Source of the DNA: Octopus sinensis
Lineage: Eukaryota
Direction of reading: 5' to 3'
Assembly: GCF_006345805.1 (NCBI RefSeq)
Contig: NW_021834871.1
Span: 1-44,677 of the forward strand
DNA length: 44,677 nt
The translations under genes were made by a program, and so were the position numbers. The notes beneath the pieces are model-generated. The model was not told the origin of the DNA and made no database searches. It saw only the letters and a program-made list of their open reading frames with translations. This document shows, piece by piece, positions 1 to 13,067 of this stretch. Numbering within the stretch: position 1 is the stretch's first letter; every line of letters begins with the position of its first letter.

Positions 1-215
1 CCAGATAACCATTCTATAGCAAGATTTGAAGAAAACGTGGCAATAATGCCAAGAGGTACGCTTGCTTTGTAGATCTCATAAAGACATATGAACGCGTGCC
101 GGGGGATATGCTGTGAAGGGTTTTACGGGAGTTTGGAATTAATGGGTAAATTTCGGTTGCTGTGAAGTCCCAGATGTCTGTTTTCGAGTAAATTGTTCTA
201 AATCAAAACCTTCAT
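1..215 (+). mobile_element. Degenerate non-LTR retrotransposon RT fragment (RTE-like), cut by the window edge
   Basis: Translation from 57 reads YACFVDLIKTYERVPGDML*RVLREFGING*, matching the RT motif FVDxxKAYDRVP of RTE-type LINEs; contains stops. Confidence 0.75.
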
Positions 216-1009
216 ATTCATAAATACCAGTCATCTACTTGGGTCAGTCTAATTAACCATACTCATCACTAACAAATGTGGAGTATTGATTCACTACTAC
301 AAAAAATAAAATCTATATTTTAAAAGACCATAAATTTAGGTAACATTGTTTGGTCGATTTAATTAACCACGGTGTGATTTGAACCCAGAACTTAGAGGGA
401 CATAACTAAATAACAACAAAGCATTTTATTTTGTCCGACACTTTACCAATTCAAAAATCTACCCAACCACCATTTTAGCCTAAAAAACAACTAATTTTGC
501 CGATTTCTGCCCTTTTCTCTTTGATAAACGTGAGGTCATAGATTAAAAAATCTCAGTATCAGAGAAAGTGGCTTATGTGATGTTCATATATTTCCCAGGC
601 GCATCAACGATAGAAGAGAAAGGGGTTGACTTCGACCTAGCGCTAAAAGACTAAAAGACCTGAGATAAAAATTCCACCTATCAAGAGTTTTTTTTCATCC
701 AAACCACTTCTTTCTAACTTGTAAATTAAAAAAAATTCAAACCAAGACATATTGGTTACTATTTTCCACGATACGCCATTCCTAGAATCAAAAAAGATCG
801 AATGATCGAAGGTAAAACGTCTCTAATCATAAGTATGACCGATAGAGACTGATTTGGTCTAAATAACAACAATGATTATTTCTTCGAACGTGGAAGGGTG
901 AAAGGTAAAGTCGGCGTGGACAGCATTTGAACTCAGAACGTGATGGAGATTAAGGAAACACCTTATAAAGGTACTCTACGCCTGAGCCACCACCCTAAGA
1001 AGTGTAAGA

Positions 1010-1226
1010 GGTTGGTTTCAAATTTTGGCATAAGGCCAGCAATTTCGAATGGAGGGGCTAAATCGATGACATCGATCCCAGTACTCAACTGGTATTTATT
1101 TTATCGATTCTGAAATGATGAGAGGCAAAGTCGACCTGGGCGGAATTTGAACTCAGAAACAAAAACGGACGAAATGCCGCTAAGCATTTCGCCCGGCGTG
1201 CGATCGATTCTCCCATCTCGCTGCCT
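1010..1226 (-). mobile_element. tRNA-derived SINE, family B (Meta-domain-like body)
   Basis: Reverse complement of the family seen at 11252-11485: B-box GAGTTCAAATTCC, then ggtcgactttgcct(t)tcat..., aagtaccagt. Confidence 0.85.
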
Positions 1227-1230
1227 CATA

Positions 1231-1634
1231 ACTCTTTACTCTTTGCTCTTTTACTTGTTTCAGTCATTTGACTGCGGCCATGCTGAAGCACCGCCTTTAG
1301 TCGAGCAAATCGACTCCGGGACTTATTCTTTGTAAGCCCAGTACTTATTCTATCGGCCTCTTTTGCCGAACCGCTAAGTAACGGGGACATAAACACACCA
1401 GCATCGGTAGTCAAGCAATGCTAGGGGGACAAACACAGATACACAAACACACACACGCATATATATATACATATATACGGCGGGCTTCTTTCAGTTTCCG
1501 TCTACCAAATCCACTCACAAGGCTTTGGTCGGCCCGAGGCTATAGAATAAGACACTTGCCCAAGGTGCCACGCAGTGAGACTGAACCCGGAACCATGTGG
1601 TTGGTAAACAAACTACTTGCCACACAGCCACTCC
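1231..1634 (-). mobile_element. tRNA-derived CORE-like SINE, family A (octopus OR-type), near full length
   Basis: Minus strand starts ggagtggctgtgtgg (A box) ... gggttcagtc (B box), then CORE-like ggcaccttgggcaagtgtc, an internal (TG/TA)n and a (TAAAGAG)n-like tail. Homologous copies at 5930, 8110, 14650, 26490, 29680, 30138 and 37968. Confidence 0.9.
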
Positions 1635-2234
1635 AAGATGTAAGATATAGAAAAATTGTCATTTCTAACATAGTTATCTCTGTAGAAAATACACGCTGTA
1701 ATCTCGAAATTACATTAATAACGGGGATGTGTATAAAGTTTCATTATTAATGCTCAACTGTGAGCAACCGTCATGTTTATACAACGAAATACTAAATAGC
1801 TAAACACATTTGCAGATAATGATTTGACAACAAGAGACAATTTTGTTTCACACGTCTTTGAAATATTAAATATCGTCACTAGAAACCAAAATACATCTCT
1901 ACTTTCAGAACAAGCAAAACGGGGGCAGGATGTTTCGTAAATCGATTAGGAATAAATACTTATAGATAAATTATTATTGATTTTGGAAGAAGTCTCTGAC
2001 AATCACAGTATTTCACAAGCGTATCGTCATCTTATGGGAATTCAATTTCTCGTGAAAACATCAGCACTAACTAAATAAAAAAGCAGTGTGTCACTTAACA
2101 CCCGATTACAATTACCATATTCATAATATATAAAACAATTATACTTATTACATACACAGGTATGTATGTATGTTGTGTGTGTGTATGTATGTATCAAACG
2201 TACGTATGTATGAATATTTAAGTGTGTGTGTGTG

Positions 2235-2296
<62 letters not shown>

Positions 2297-2301
2297 ATAT
2301 G

Positions 2302-2332
<31 letters not shown>

Positions 2333-2362
2333 TGTATGTATGTATGTCCCATAATTGTTATA

Positions 2363-2440
2363 CTAAATAAACCTGTTGCATTCACTGCAAAATAAACCTT
2401 TTAAAGATGGTGTACTTTCAAATTTTCCTTCGATCATTTG
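2363..2440 (-). CDS. Candidate (possibly terminal) coding exon (QMIEGKFESTPSLKGLFCSECNRFI*)
   Basis: Strong acceptor tatttccttctcag|. Only phase 0 is open, matching the upstream exon (151-nt intron). It may instead end at one of two AG|gtttat donors. Confidence 0.45.
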   Translation of the reverse strand, partial: QMIEGKFESTPSLKGLFCSECNRFI

Positions 2441-2591
2441 CTGAGAAGGAAATATTATGAAAACTGCTAAAACTCGATTAGCTTTTTTGCGCAATATCTG
2501 ATTAATTGGCAGCCATTTTTCTTTTAAATCTGTTTTCGTGTGATTTCACAAAGTAAGACAAATCTTCTTCCATGTGAGCTTTGTCACTTAC

Positions 2592-2670
2592 AAATTTGAA
2601 ATTTATCCTAATGGAATATAATAAGACTTCCATATATGGTGCTGCTCCTCTCCATCCCCGGTATTTATTT
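2592..2670 (-). CDS. Candidate coding exon (NKYRGWRGAAPYMEVLLYSIRINFKF)
   Basis: Acceptor cattttcttctctatgtag| and strong donor TTT|gtaagt. 79 nt, only the phase-2-in/phase-0-out frame is open. Confidence 0.5.
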
Positions 2671-2743
2671 CTACATAGAGAAGAAAATGCTTTTAACCTG
2701 AATGGCAATTTCTCGGTGACTAGAATATTATTTTTTTCCTCAC

Positions 2744-2839
2744 CCAGCTTCTCTCGCTTGCTTTCTTTCCCATCTTTCTTCAGATGTTATTGAAAATCTT
2801 TGCCTTGGCAACTGCTTCAATCTGTAATTACTTTCTTTG
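2744..2839 (-). CDS. Candidate internal coding exon of an unidentified gene (xKESNYRLKQLPRQRFSITSEERWERKQAREAG)
   Basis: Acceptor ttttctattttgttttt...tgtag| and donor GG|gtgagg. 96 nt, only the phase-2 frame is open, and it is phase-compatible with the next exon across a 73-nt intron. Confidence 0.5.
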
Positions 2840-2964
2840 CTACATTTTAAGTCATACATTTAAAAACAAAATAGAAAAGTCTCCAAAATTAACTCACTAT
2901 ATTATATGGCAAGATGAGATCACCCACAGGGGACAGTGGGTTCTTAAAATGAAATGAGTTCTGT

Positions 2965-2965
<1 letters not shown>

Positions 2966-3018
<53 letters not shown>
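2966..3018. repeat. (TAA)~17 microsatellite at the 5' junction of the R4/Dong LINE
   Basis: Directly visible. Confidence 0.95.
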
Positions 3019-3019
<1 letters not shown>

Positions 3020-5620
3020 TGAAAAAAAAAACACACACAACGAAAAGGCCCCCTGGATTGACAGAATATCTACAGAACTGGACCCCTTAGAAGAGCAAAA
3101 GTGGGAGGGTGTCAAGGTAGAAGATATAAGATCTGCTCTCAGGAGGTCAAGCAAATGGAAGTCTCCAGGAAAGGATAAAATTCCTAACTTCTGGCTGAAT
3201 GCCTTCCCAGAGAGCCATGAACTGCTAACAGAACTGTACAATGATGTTTTGCAACACCCTAGTAGGATGCCTCCTTGGCTAGTTAATGGGTTAACATTCC
3301 TGCTTCCAAAAAGTGAAGAAACAAATGAACCAAAAAACTATAGACCCATAACCTGCTTAACAACTATGTACAAAACACTAACATCTGTCCTGACGGAATA
3401 TACCTATAGTTTTTAACAGACAGCAGCATATTCCCTAATGAACAGAAAGGATGTAAACGTGGATCCTACGGCTGTAAAGACCAACTACTCATCAATAAGA
3501 TGATCTTAGAAGATTGTCACAAACGACACAAAACTTATCAATAGCCTGGATAGACTATAAAAGGCTTTTGATAGCCTACCACATAGCTGGATTAGGAAAT
3601 GCCTTGAAATGTATAAGATAGCACCAACTCTGCGAAACTTCTTGACTGTAAGTATGAGATCATGGAGAACCACACTAACTCTGAACAGTGACAGTGAATC
3701 CCTAAATGCTGGTGATGTAAAAATTTCGTGTGGCATTTTCCAGGGTGACTCACTGTCACCACTCCTCTTTTGTTTATCCTTAATACCTCTCTCAAAGCTG
3801 CTCAATGATGCGCAGTACGGGTATAAAATGTTTGATAAAAATATAAATCATCTCGTTTACATGGATGATTTAAAGCTTTTTTGCAAAATGATCAACAACT
3901 CAAGGGCTTACTAGCGATAGTCAAACAATTCAGTGACGACATCAGAATGCAATTCGGCCTCGATAATGTGCAAAGGCTACCTTTATCAAAGGAAAAATGA
4001 CAGAAACATCTAACGTTAACCTTGACCACAGAATGTCATAAAAGAACTAGACCCAGCGGAGAGCTACAAGTACCTAGGGATAATTGAAGGGAACGGAATA
4101 AGGCATTCAGAGATGAAGGAAAGGATCAGGAGAGAATGCTATCGAAGAGTGAGAGCAATACTCAAGACAGAGCTGAATGCAAGAAACAGGATCGAAGCAA
4201 TCAATGCATTAGCTATACCAGTCGTGACTTACAGTTTCAATATTGTTAACTGGTCAATTACTGAAATATGTCAGCTCGACAGAAAAATAAGGAAACTGTT
4301 GACAATGCATAGAATGCACCACCCTAAGGCAGATACAGAACGACTCTATCTGCCAAGAAAAGAGGGAGGCCGTGGTCTTTTGCAACTGGCAATAACAATG
4401 AAGATTGCTACAATTGGCCTAGACACCTACCTGAAAAACTCTGAGGACTGGATGTAAAACTTGTCTCAAAACATGAAAACAAGAAAGCATCATACTCAGT
4501 CACAAAACAGGCAAAGGAATATCTAAGTGAATTCCGAATACACCAATTTCGGAATTAGAGATAGATATACAAGAAACAAGCACAGAAAAAGCTAGGCGCA
4601 TGAAAACCCGTGCCAAAACTGCGGCCTAGATATTCTGAATAATAAATGGCAAGAAAAACCTCTCTATGGCAAATACCCAAAGAGAGCGAATAATGCAGAT
4701 ATCGACAAAGCCCTGACCCATCAATGGCTAATGGCCTCTGGCTTAAAATCTGAAACAGAGGGGTTTATCATAGCAGCTCAAGATCAATGCCTACCAACAA
4801 GAAACTACCAGGCCAACATATTAAGATCAGAAGCAGTCCAACGTGTCGTGTATGCAAGCAACAAAATGAAACCATTGACCATGTGGTCTCCAAGTGCAGT
4901 CTTCTAGCGCCTACAGAGTATCTCAACAGGCACGATAGAGCTGCACAATATATTCACTGGGTAATCTGTAAAAACCTGGATTTGCCCCATGAAAAAAACT
5001 GGTGGGAACACAAACCACCCCCAGTGCTTGAAAATGACCACATCTCACTCCTCTGGAACTTCACCATTCAAACTGACAGGAAGATAGATGCAAATAGGCC
5101 AGACATCATATTGAAAGACTTCAAACAAAGAACATGCCTCCTCATTGATATGACTGTCCCAATCGATATAAACGTATCTGTCAAGACCTACCAAAAAACT
5201 GAGCAAATATAAAGATCTTGAAATAGAAATCAGCAAAATGTGGAAGCTGAAGACTAAAACAATACCTGTTGTCATAGGTGCCCTGGAATGATAGCAAAAG
5301 GGGCTGATAGCTACCTAACTCAGATACCAGGAAACCCAAAATGGCAGAAGTTCAAAGATAGTGCTCATGGGAACTGCTCATATCCTACGCAAAATACTCT
5401 CTATGTAATCTCAAGGTTTAAACAAACATAATTTTCGGTTTAAAAAAAAAAAAAAAAACATTTTTTTTTAGACATTCATTAGTACAACATCCCCACCCCC
5501 CAAATATATGGCACACTAGGCATAACAACAACATGAACTTCCAACCCTGTTGTCTCTTGAGGTCTCTGGGTGAGACTTGGAGCCAACTTGTACAAATATA
5601 AAGCAAAAGTCAAACATAGA
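3019..5620 (+). mobile_element. 5'-truncated, frameshifted R4/Dong-type non-LTR retrotransposon (RT + CCHC + restriction-like endonuclease)
   Basis: Broken ORF pieces: KWKSPGKDKIPNFW...KNYRPITCL; IFQGDSLSPLLF and YMDDLKLF (ORF 3609-3914); CRVCKQQNETIDHVVSKC zinc knuckle and RPDIILKD...LIDMTVP PD-(D/E)xK nuclease (ORF 4787-5212). The ORF ends near 5408 and the 3' UTR ends in gaataataat. Confidence 0.9.
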
Positions 5621-5765
5621 ATAATAATAATGATAATAATAATAATAATAATAACAATAACAATAACAATTATTATTATTATTATTATCATCATCATCAT
5701 CATCATCATCATCATTATCATTATCACCATCATCATATCATCATCATCATCATCATCATCATCGT
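5621..5765. repeat. Compound microsatellite (AAT/AAC)n switching to (ATT/ATC)n
   Basis: Directly visible; polarity switch near 5670. Confidence 0.9.
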
Positions 5766-5929
5766 TGCTTTCATTAAAAATGTAATTATTGTAGGTTTTT
5801 TTGCTCCTGCTCTTCCGCAGTTACATATATTTCATTAACATGAATTACTTTTCTAAAAGACACCTTTTGCAGGATATTTCTCGTTCAAAGATGGGAATAG
5901 TCTTACATTCTTTTATTTTTTAACATGTT

Positions 5930-6230
5930 TCAGTTGTTGATGGCCATGCTGGAGCATTGCCTTGAAAGGTGTAGTCGATGAGATACTCTTTAGTTTTCTT
6001 TTTGCCGAACCTCTAAGGAACGGGAGACGTAAACAAACTAACATCGGTTGTGAAGCGATGATAGACAAATTCAAGCACAAAGAAACAGACACTTATAAAG
6101 ACAAGCGGACATACGCACACACTCATGCATATGACGGGCTTATGCACAGTTTCTCTCACCAAATTCATTCACACGGCATTGGAAAACACTTTCTGAAGAT
6201 GACATGCAGTGGGACTGAACCTGAGACCCC
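5930..6230 (-). mobile_element. Old SINE family A fragment
   Basis: tggccatgctggagc, tttgccgaac..ctaag and gcagtgggactgaacc motifs shared with 1231-1634. Confidence 0.7.
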
Positions 6231-6637
6231 GTATATGTACTTTGCAATATATGCAACAATATCGAGTGTATTTCATAGCATCTATAATGATGTGTTATCT
6301 TCACCGTTAAAATCCCTTGACCTTAATCCCCTTTATCATCCTCCCACCATTACCTCCAGCCACCACATCCCACCCTTCGATTCTTAAAGTGCAAAACCAT
6401 GCAGCACTTTTGTTGTTGCACATAATCTAATGCATGGTATCAGTTCTTCTCATTTGCACTTGAAGATCTCGAATTCTTTCCTGTGGATGGAGCTGAATTG
6501 CACAAAGGTATTCTACTTCTAATTAGCTTGAGTGCTACAGGAAAATCCTGAACTGAATCGTTTAAAAAGACAACCAGGGAATGAGTGAGTGGAACCAACC
6601 GATCACATTAATGCTCAATCATTCCAAACAATGTGTC

Positions 6638-8084
6638 TACGAGAGTCTGCTGAACAGTTCATAGCCTGACCAAGATACTCTCATGGAATGTGACCAAATG
6701 ACCTTTATTTTTTATTATAGTCCCACTTGTAGTCCACACGCTTCTTCGATCGGCGTTGCAGCGTTTGGATCCAATTGGTAAAGAAGTTTTCATCCTACTG
6801 GTCAAAAACTGTCATCAACAGCAGATATGACGTCATTATCAAGTGTTTTGGGGGGGGTTTTCATGTTGAAGAAGATTACGGTTAGATGGGGCCAAATTCG
6901 AATAGGGAGGGTGATCAACCAGTTCAAAGCCACAGTCACACACAGCAGTCATTGAAACCAAGGTCTTGTGTACTTGAGCACTGTCCTGATAAAACAAGAC
7001 CCCTTTCGTCAGTTTTCCTGGGCGTTTGGTATTGATAGCCTTTCGTAACCGCGTCAGCACGTTGGCAGAGGATTTTCCATTGATGGTGTGGCCATTTTGA
7101 TGAAATACAATAAACACGACGCGTTTTGCCTCCCAAAAAACTGAGGCCATCACCTTCGTTGCAGATGAAACGATCGTAGCTTTCTTTGGATTGTCTCTTT
7201 GTCTTTGGCTTAAAGTGATTAATCCAACATTCATCCTGGGTTCGGAAACGTTGGAAAGGAGACCAGCTGGATTGAAACAATGTCAGATGTTCTATGATAT
7301 GATCAGCCTGATGTAATTTTGAACAGTATCAGAAGACGTGGCACCCACCAAACAGGAACCATGCCATGTTTATTGTGCAAATATTCTCAACTCTCTTACA
7401 GCTAATAACATTGGCTATTTGATTTACAGCCAATCATCTGTCATCCATCACTATGTGGTGAACACTATCAATGTTTTACTTGGTGGTTGTAGCTGCAAGA
7501 CGTCCAGACCTTGGGTCATCGACCAGATTCTCTCTTCCCTTTCTAACTTCAGCTGCCCACTTTTGCGCTGTTCATAAAGCTAGAACCTCATCCCCTAATA
7601 TGGCAACCAGGTCAGTTAAAAGTTAAAAGGAGGACCTCTCCGAACTTACAGGTCCGCAGGTGGTCGGTCTATCCAAATGAAACCGCGAATGGCTCGCTAT
7701 CTCCAGTGACCTCGCACGGGACCGTCGAGCGTGGGCCACCATGGTTCGTGATGCCGTTAGGACCAGAGAGGAACCCGGCCCAACCCGCCCTGGGTGAACG
7801 CCGTCACAAGTACAAGTAAAACCAGGTCAGTATGAATGTCGTTGGGGGCTAAACCCTTTCTCTACAGGTACTTGATAACACCAAAATACCCAAATTGTGT
7901 CTGCTTTTAGAAGTTGCTACTATAAACTTTTGTAGTCCTCTTTGAACAGTCCAATGTCAGTTTACTTGGAAAGAAACAATGCAGTTGTTAATAAGAAGAT
8001 CTGAAATTAAGGGATGCAAGAATTTTACAGCTCTAGCACCACTCCTTCCGAGTCAACCAATGAACTTTTTAACTCACCCTCGCA
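6638..8084 (-). mobile_element. Degenerate mariner (Tc1/mariner DD34D-type) DNA transposon
   Basis: Minus-strand remnants DDPRSGR...WVPRLL, KVMASVFWEAKRVVFI, KRPGKLTKGVLFYQDSA and LVDHPPYSNLAPS. Degenerate TIRs tacgagagtctgctgaacagttcat (6638) and revcomp tgcgagggtgagttaaaaagttcat (8084) match at 23/34 positions. About 1.23 kb once the RTE insert is removed. Confidence 0.9.
7617..7819 (+). mobile_element. 5'-truncated RTE-type LINE 3' end inserted in the mariner
   Basis: Reads NREWLAISSDLARDRRAWATMVRDAV...TRPG* with a caagtacaagta tail. Flanked by a 12-bp TSD aaccaggtcagt (7605-7616 and 7820-7831). Confidence 0.8.
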
Positions 8085-8109
8085 TATTAGAAATCATTTT
8101 AGTAATCTT

Positions 8110-8261
8110 CAGGCACGGGTGTGTGGTTAAGAAACTCGCTTCGCAGCGACATGGTTTCGGGTTCAGTCCCATAGCTCGGTACTTTGGTCAAGTGACTTCT
8201 AGTATAATCCCGGGTTGACCAATGCTTTGTGAGTAAACCTGGTAAACGGACAAGCATGTGC

Positions 8262-8262
<1 letters not shown>
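8110..8262 (+). mobile_element. SINE family A head fragment
   Basis: gtgtgtggttaag...gggttcagtccc...ttggtcaagtgacttct, homologous to the head of 1231-1634. Confidence 0.7.
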
Positions 8263-9555
<1,293 letters not shown>

Positions 9556-10452
9556 ATGTATATAATGATATTGAAACAACTCATCAAATTCCAGTTGACA
9601 ATCACTATTCAAACGAACACCTTGAACGCCTAAAACTAATTGATGAAGACAAGCCGAGCTTGCAACCAGCTAATAATATGTTATAATACATCATACATAT
9701 TACACCACAGACATGTGATCGTCGGCCATATTAAAGTTGGATGTTTTTGTGTATGTTTTTGATCTCCACACAAAGACTGGTTCCCATTTAACTCTATTGA
9801 AGTCTTCAGAAATTATCTATCGTATCCTCCAAGTGATTCTCATTACTGTCGCTTAAATTCCAATACTTAATGTCGGGGTCTAGTAAGATTGGTTGCTTTG
9901 GCAACAGGGAGAAAATGCAAGGAGGAGGAGGAGGAGAAGACAAAGAGAAAGAAAGGTGCTTTTCCGAAAGATATTCGAAATTAAGTGCCATTTCTAATAC
10001 CATTTTTGAATATTATTGAATGCTTATTAATAATACGACCGACATTGAAGATATTGAGCTAATCAAATCGTGATGAGAGGCTAAAATCAAGGGTTTATCT
10101 TGGTTCTCTTTCGGACAAGAACAGAAGGAAAATATAACGTAATATAATAGCCTCACAACAAGGGCGGTAGGGGGAAGGGTTAAATGTATGCATAAATACA
10201 TATATATGTATATATATGCACACATACATCACGCACACACTCGCACATACACACCACGCAGACACATACACCGAGAGAAAGATATATACAAAAGAAATTA
10301 TAAGGACAGAAAAGGAAGGCGGGGGAGAGAGAGAAATAGACAAAGGATAAGTCTGTGTGTGTGTGTGCACGTGCTTCTGCGTGTTTGTGTGTCTTTATGT
10401 GTAGGAGAAACTTCTAACAGCGTTTCCATTGATCCATTATTATTACTTAATC

Positions 10453-10670
10453 AAGGCGGCGAGCTGGCAGAAACGTTAGCACGCCGGGCGAAATGCGTAG
10501 CCGTATTTCGTCCGCCGCTGTGTTCTGAGTTCAAATTCCGCCGAGGTCGACTATGCCTTTCATCCTTTCGGGGTCGATTAAATAAGTACCAGTTGCGTAC
10601 TGGGATCGATATTATCGACAGGAACCCTCCTCCAAAATTTCCGGCCTTGTGCCTAGAGTAGAAAAGAATA
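10453..10670 (+). mobile_element. SINE family B
   Basis: aggcggcgagctggcagaaacg (A-box-like), gagttcaaattcc (B box), ctttcatcctttcggggtcgat..aagtaccagt. Confidence 0.9.
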
Positions 10671-10997
10671 TTATTACTTAATCGACCAAAGTTGTTGTTG
10701 GTGGTGTTGGTGGTGTATCGGTAGATTCCATTAGGAAAAAGGAAATGCCGTATTTCCTCCAGTTCTTTGCGTTGTGAGTTCAAAGCGCGCAAAGGTCAAC
10801 TTCGTTTTTCCTCCTCCTAGGTGTTTCGTACGAGTGGTCAACACAATCGACAACAAACTCCTTCAAACTTTCAAGCCTTTTGCCTCTCTAATAAACAATT
10901 AATAACATCCAGCACACAAGGTGATGAACTGGCAGAATCGTTGCCCAATCGAATAGAATACTTGGCGACCTTTCTTCTTGTGCTTTCATAATTTTTT

Positions 10998-11215
10998 AGA
11001 GCTGGCAGATTCGTTAGCACGCCGGACAAAATGCTCAGTGGCATTTCGTCAGTCTTTACATTCTGAGTTCAAATTTCACCGAGGTCGACTTTGCCTTCCA
11101 TCTCTTTCCGGGTCGATAATATAAAGTACCAGTCGAGTATTGGGATTGATATAATCAACTTAACCCCTCCTCCGAAATTGCTGGCCTTGTGCCAAAATTT
11201 GAATCCAATATAAGG
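10998..11215 (+). mobile_element. SINE family B
   Basis: Same head, B box and central domain as the neighbouring copies. Confidence 0.85.
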
Positions 11216-11251
11216 CAAGAACAATGCTGCTTGGTTAACTAAGATGTTCAT

Positions 11252-11485
11252 GAGGCGGCGAGCTGGCAGAAACGTTAGCACGCCGGGCGAAATGTTTAGC
11301 GGTATTTCGTCTGTCGTTACGTTCTGAGTTCAAATTCCGCCGAGGTCAACTTTGCCTTTCATCCTTTCGGGGTCGATAAATTAAGTACCAGTTACGCACT
11401 GGGGGTCGATGTAATCGACTTAATCCCTTTGTCTGTCCTTGTTTGTCCCCTCTATGTTTAGCCCCTTGTGGGTAGTAAAGAAACA
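11252..11485 (+). mobile_element. Young full-length SINE family B with a 19-bp TSD
   Basis: TSD ggttaactaagatgttcat at 11233-11251 and 11486-11504. Confidence 0.95.
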
Positions 11486-11508
11486 GGTTAACTAAGATGT
11501 TCATCTCG

Positions 11509-11779
11509 TATCTTCACCAGGAAGATGAGCAAAAATAGATGCTATGAGGGCTCATTATCTTCACCAAGTAAGGGAGAGTCTAAAAGATGTTTTATTAGGG
11601 CTCAATTTCTTTATCAGGTGGGAAAGGGTCTATAGAACTTAAAAGAGGACACTACCCTCACCAGACAGGGAAGAATCTATTGTAGTTATTGGGGTCCAAT
11701 ATCGTCACCAGGCGGGGGAATATCTGTAGGAATTATTTCTTCATGGAAAGGGAGAGCCTATAGAAGTTAGTAGGCCTCA
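11509..11779. repeat. Degenerate ~47-bp minisatellite, ~6 units
   Basis: Units start at 11509, 11556, 11606, 11653, 11700 and 11736; approximate consensus tatcttcaccagg.agggagagtcta.agatgtt..agggctca. Confidence 0.7.
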
Positions 11780-12489
11780 CAGTTTCTATGAAACAGAGGG
11801 CTGTCCCCAGAGGTTAAGTGCTGCATTCTTTCTTCAGTTAACCAATAATAAACAGAGATCGCGGATCCTATGAATGGTATCAAGATCTAAGTGAAATTAC
11901 GCTTATTTACCCAAGGGTGCAATATATCACCTGCTGTTGTTGCCAGCTCCGTTACCCAATCTACCCGGCTTGTCTGACAGCAACATCTCACTTCCTCACC
12001 CTCCAAAAACTGGATTCGCGGCCCTGAATCTTCAGCTAATTACATACATATGGAGCAACTTAGTGCATACATGCCAGCTTCTGAGAGTTGTGTGGGAGGG
12101 TGCGTATACACACACAAACTCACACACACACACACATATACATATATACACACACACAGAAATATATACGAACATACGTATATAAATGTATGTATGCAGA
12201 TAGGTAGATAAGTAGGTATGCATGTATGCATGCATGTATGTATACAAGTATATATACATAAATCAATGCATAAACGTATACACACATACATTGGACTAAA
12301 CATATTCGAACATACTTATAGACTCTACACATATACACATACATACCAAAACAAATATACGCACACATCCCATATATCACTTCTAAACATGTGCCATGCA
12401 TTAAGGCGAGATTTAACCAGCATTGTGGGTACTTAAGAGGGTGTGAAAAGGTGTATTGTGGCTGTGTACGAAGAGGAAAACTACAAGCA

Positions 12490-12502
12490 CAGTAGTAGCA
12501 GC

Positions 12503-12546
<44 letters not shown>

Positions 12547-12646
12547 CAGCAGCAGTATTAGTAGTAGTAGTGCAAGCAGTAGTAGTAGTAGTAGTAGTAG
12601 CAGCAGCAGTAGCAGCAGAGTAGTAACAGTAGTAGTAGTAGTATTG

Positions 12647-12677
<31 letters not shown>

Positions 12678-12850
12678 CAGTAGTAGTAGCAGTAGTTGTA
12701 GTAATTGTGGCGGTGGGGATAGCGCTTGTAGCGTTAGTGGTAGCAGTAGTTCTAGCATTGGCAGTGGTGATAGTAGTAGCAGTAGCAGCAACAGTAGTAG
12801 TTGTAGTAGTTGTAGTAGTAGTAGTAGTTGTAGTAGTAGTAGTTAGTTAG
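12490..12850. repeat. (AGT)n/(AGC)n trinucleotide microsatellite
   Basis: Directly visible; source of the poly-S/V/A/L ORFs. Confidence 0.95.
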
Positions 12851-13067
12851 TTGATGCAAGTCTCGGTGCGTGTCTCTCCATCCAACATTCTCCCAACCTG
12901 TACCCTACTTCCAGACCCCTGCACTCACACATTCTCGCACCATTGCGCTTTTGCTCCTTACCCTACTTTTCCCCCCTCTCCCTCCTGACCATAACGGATT
13001 TTGCTATGTTACAACAACAAAAACAACAACATCAAAACTAACAAAACACACAAGGAAAAATATCAGT

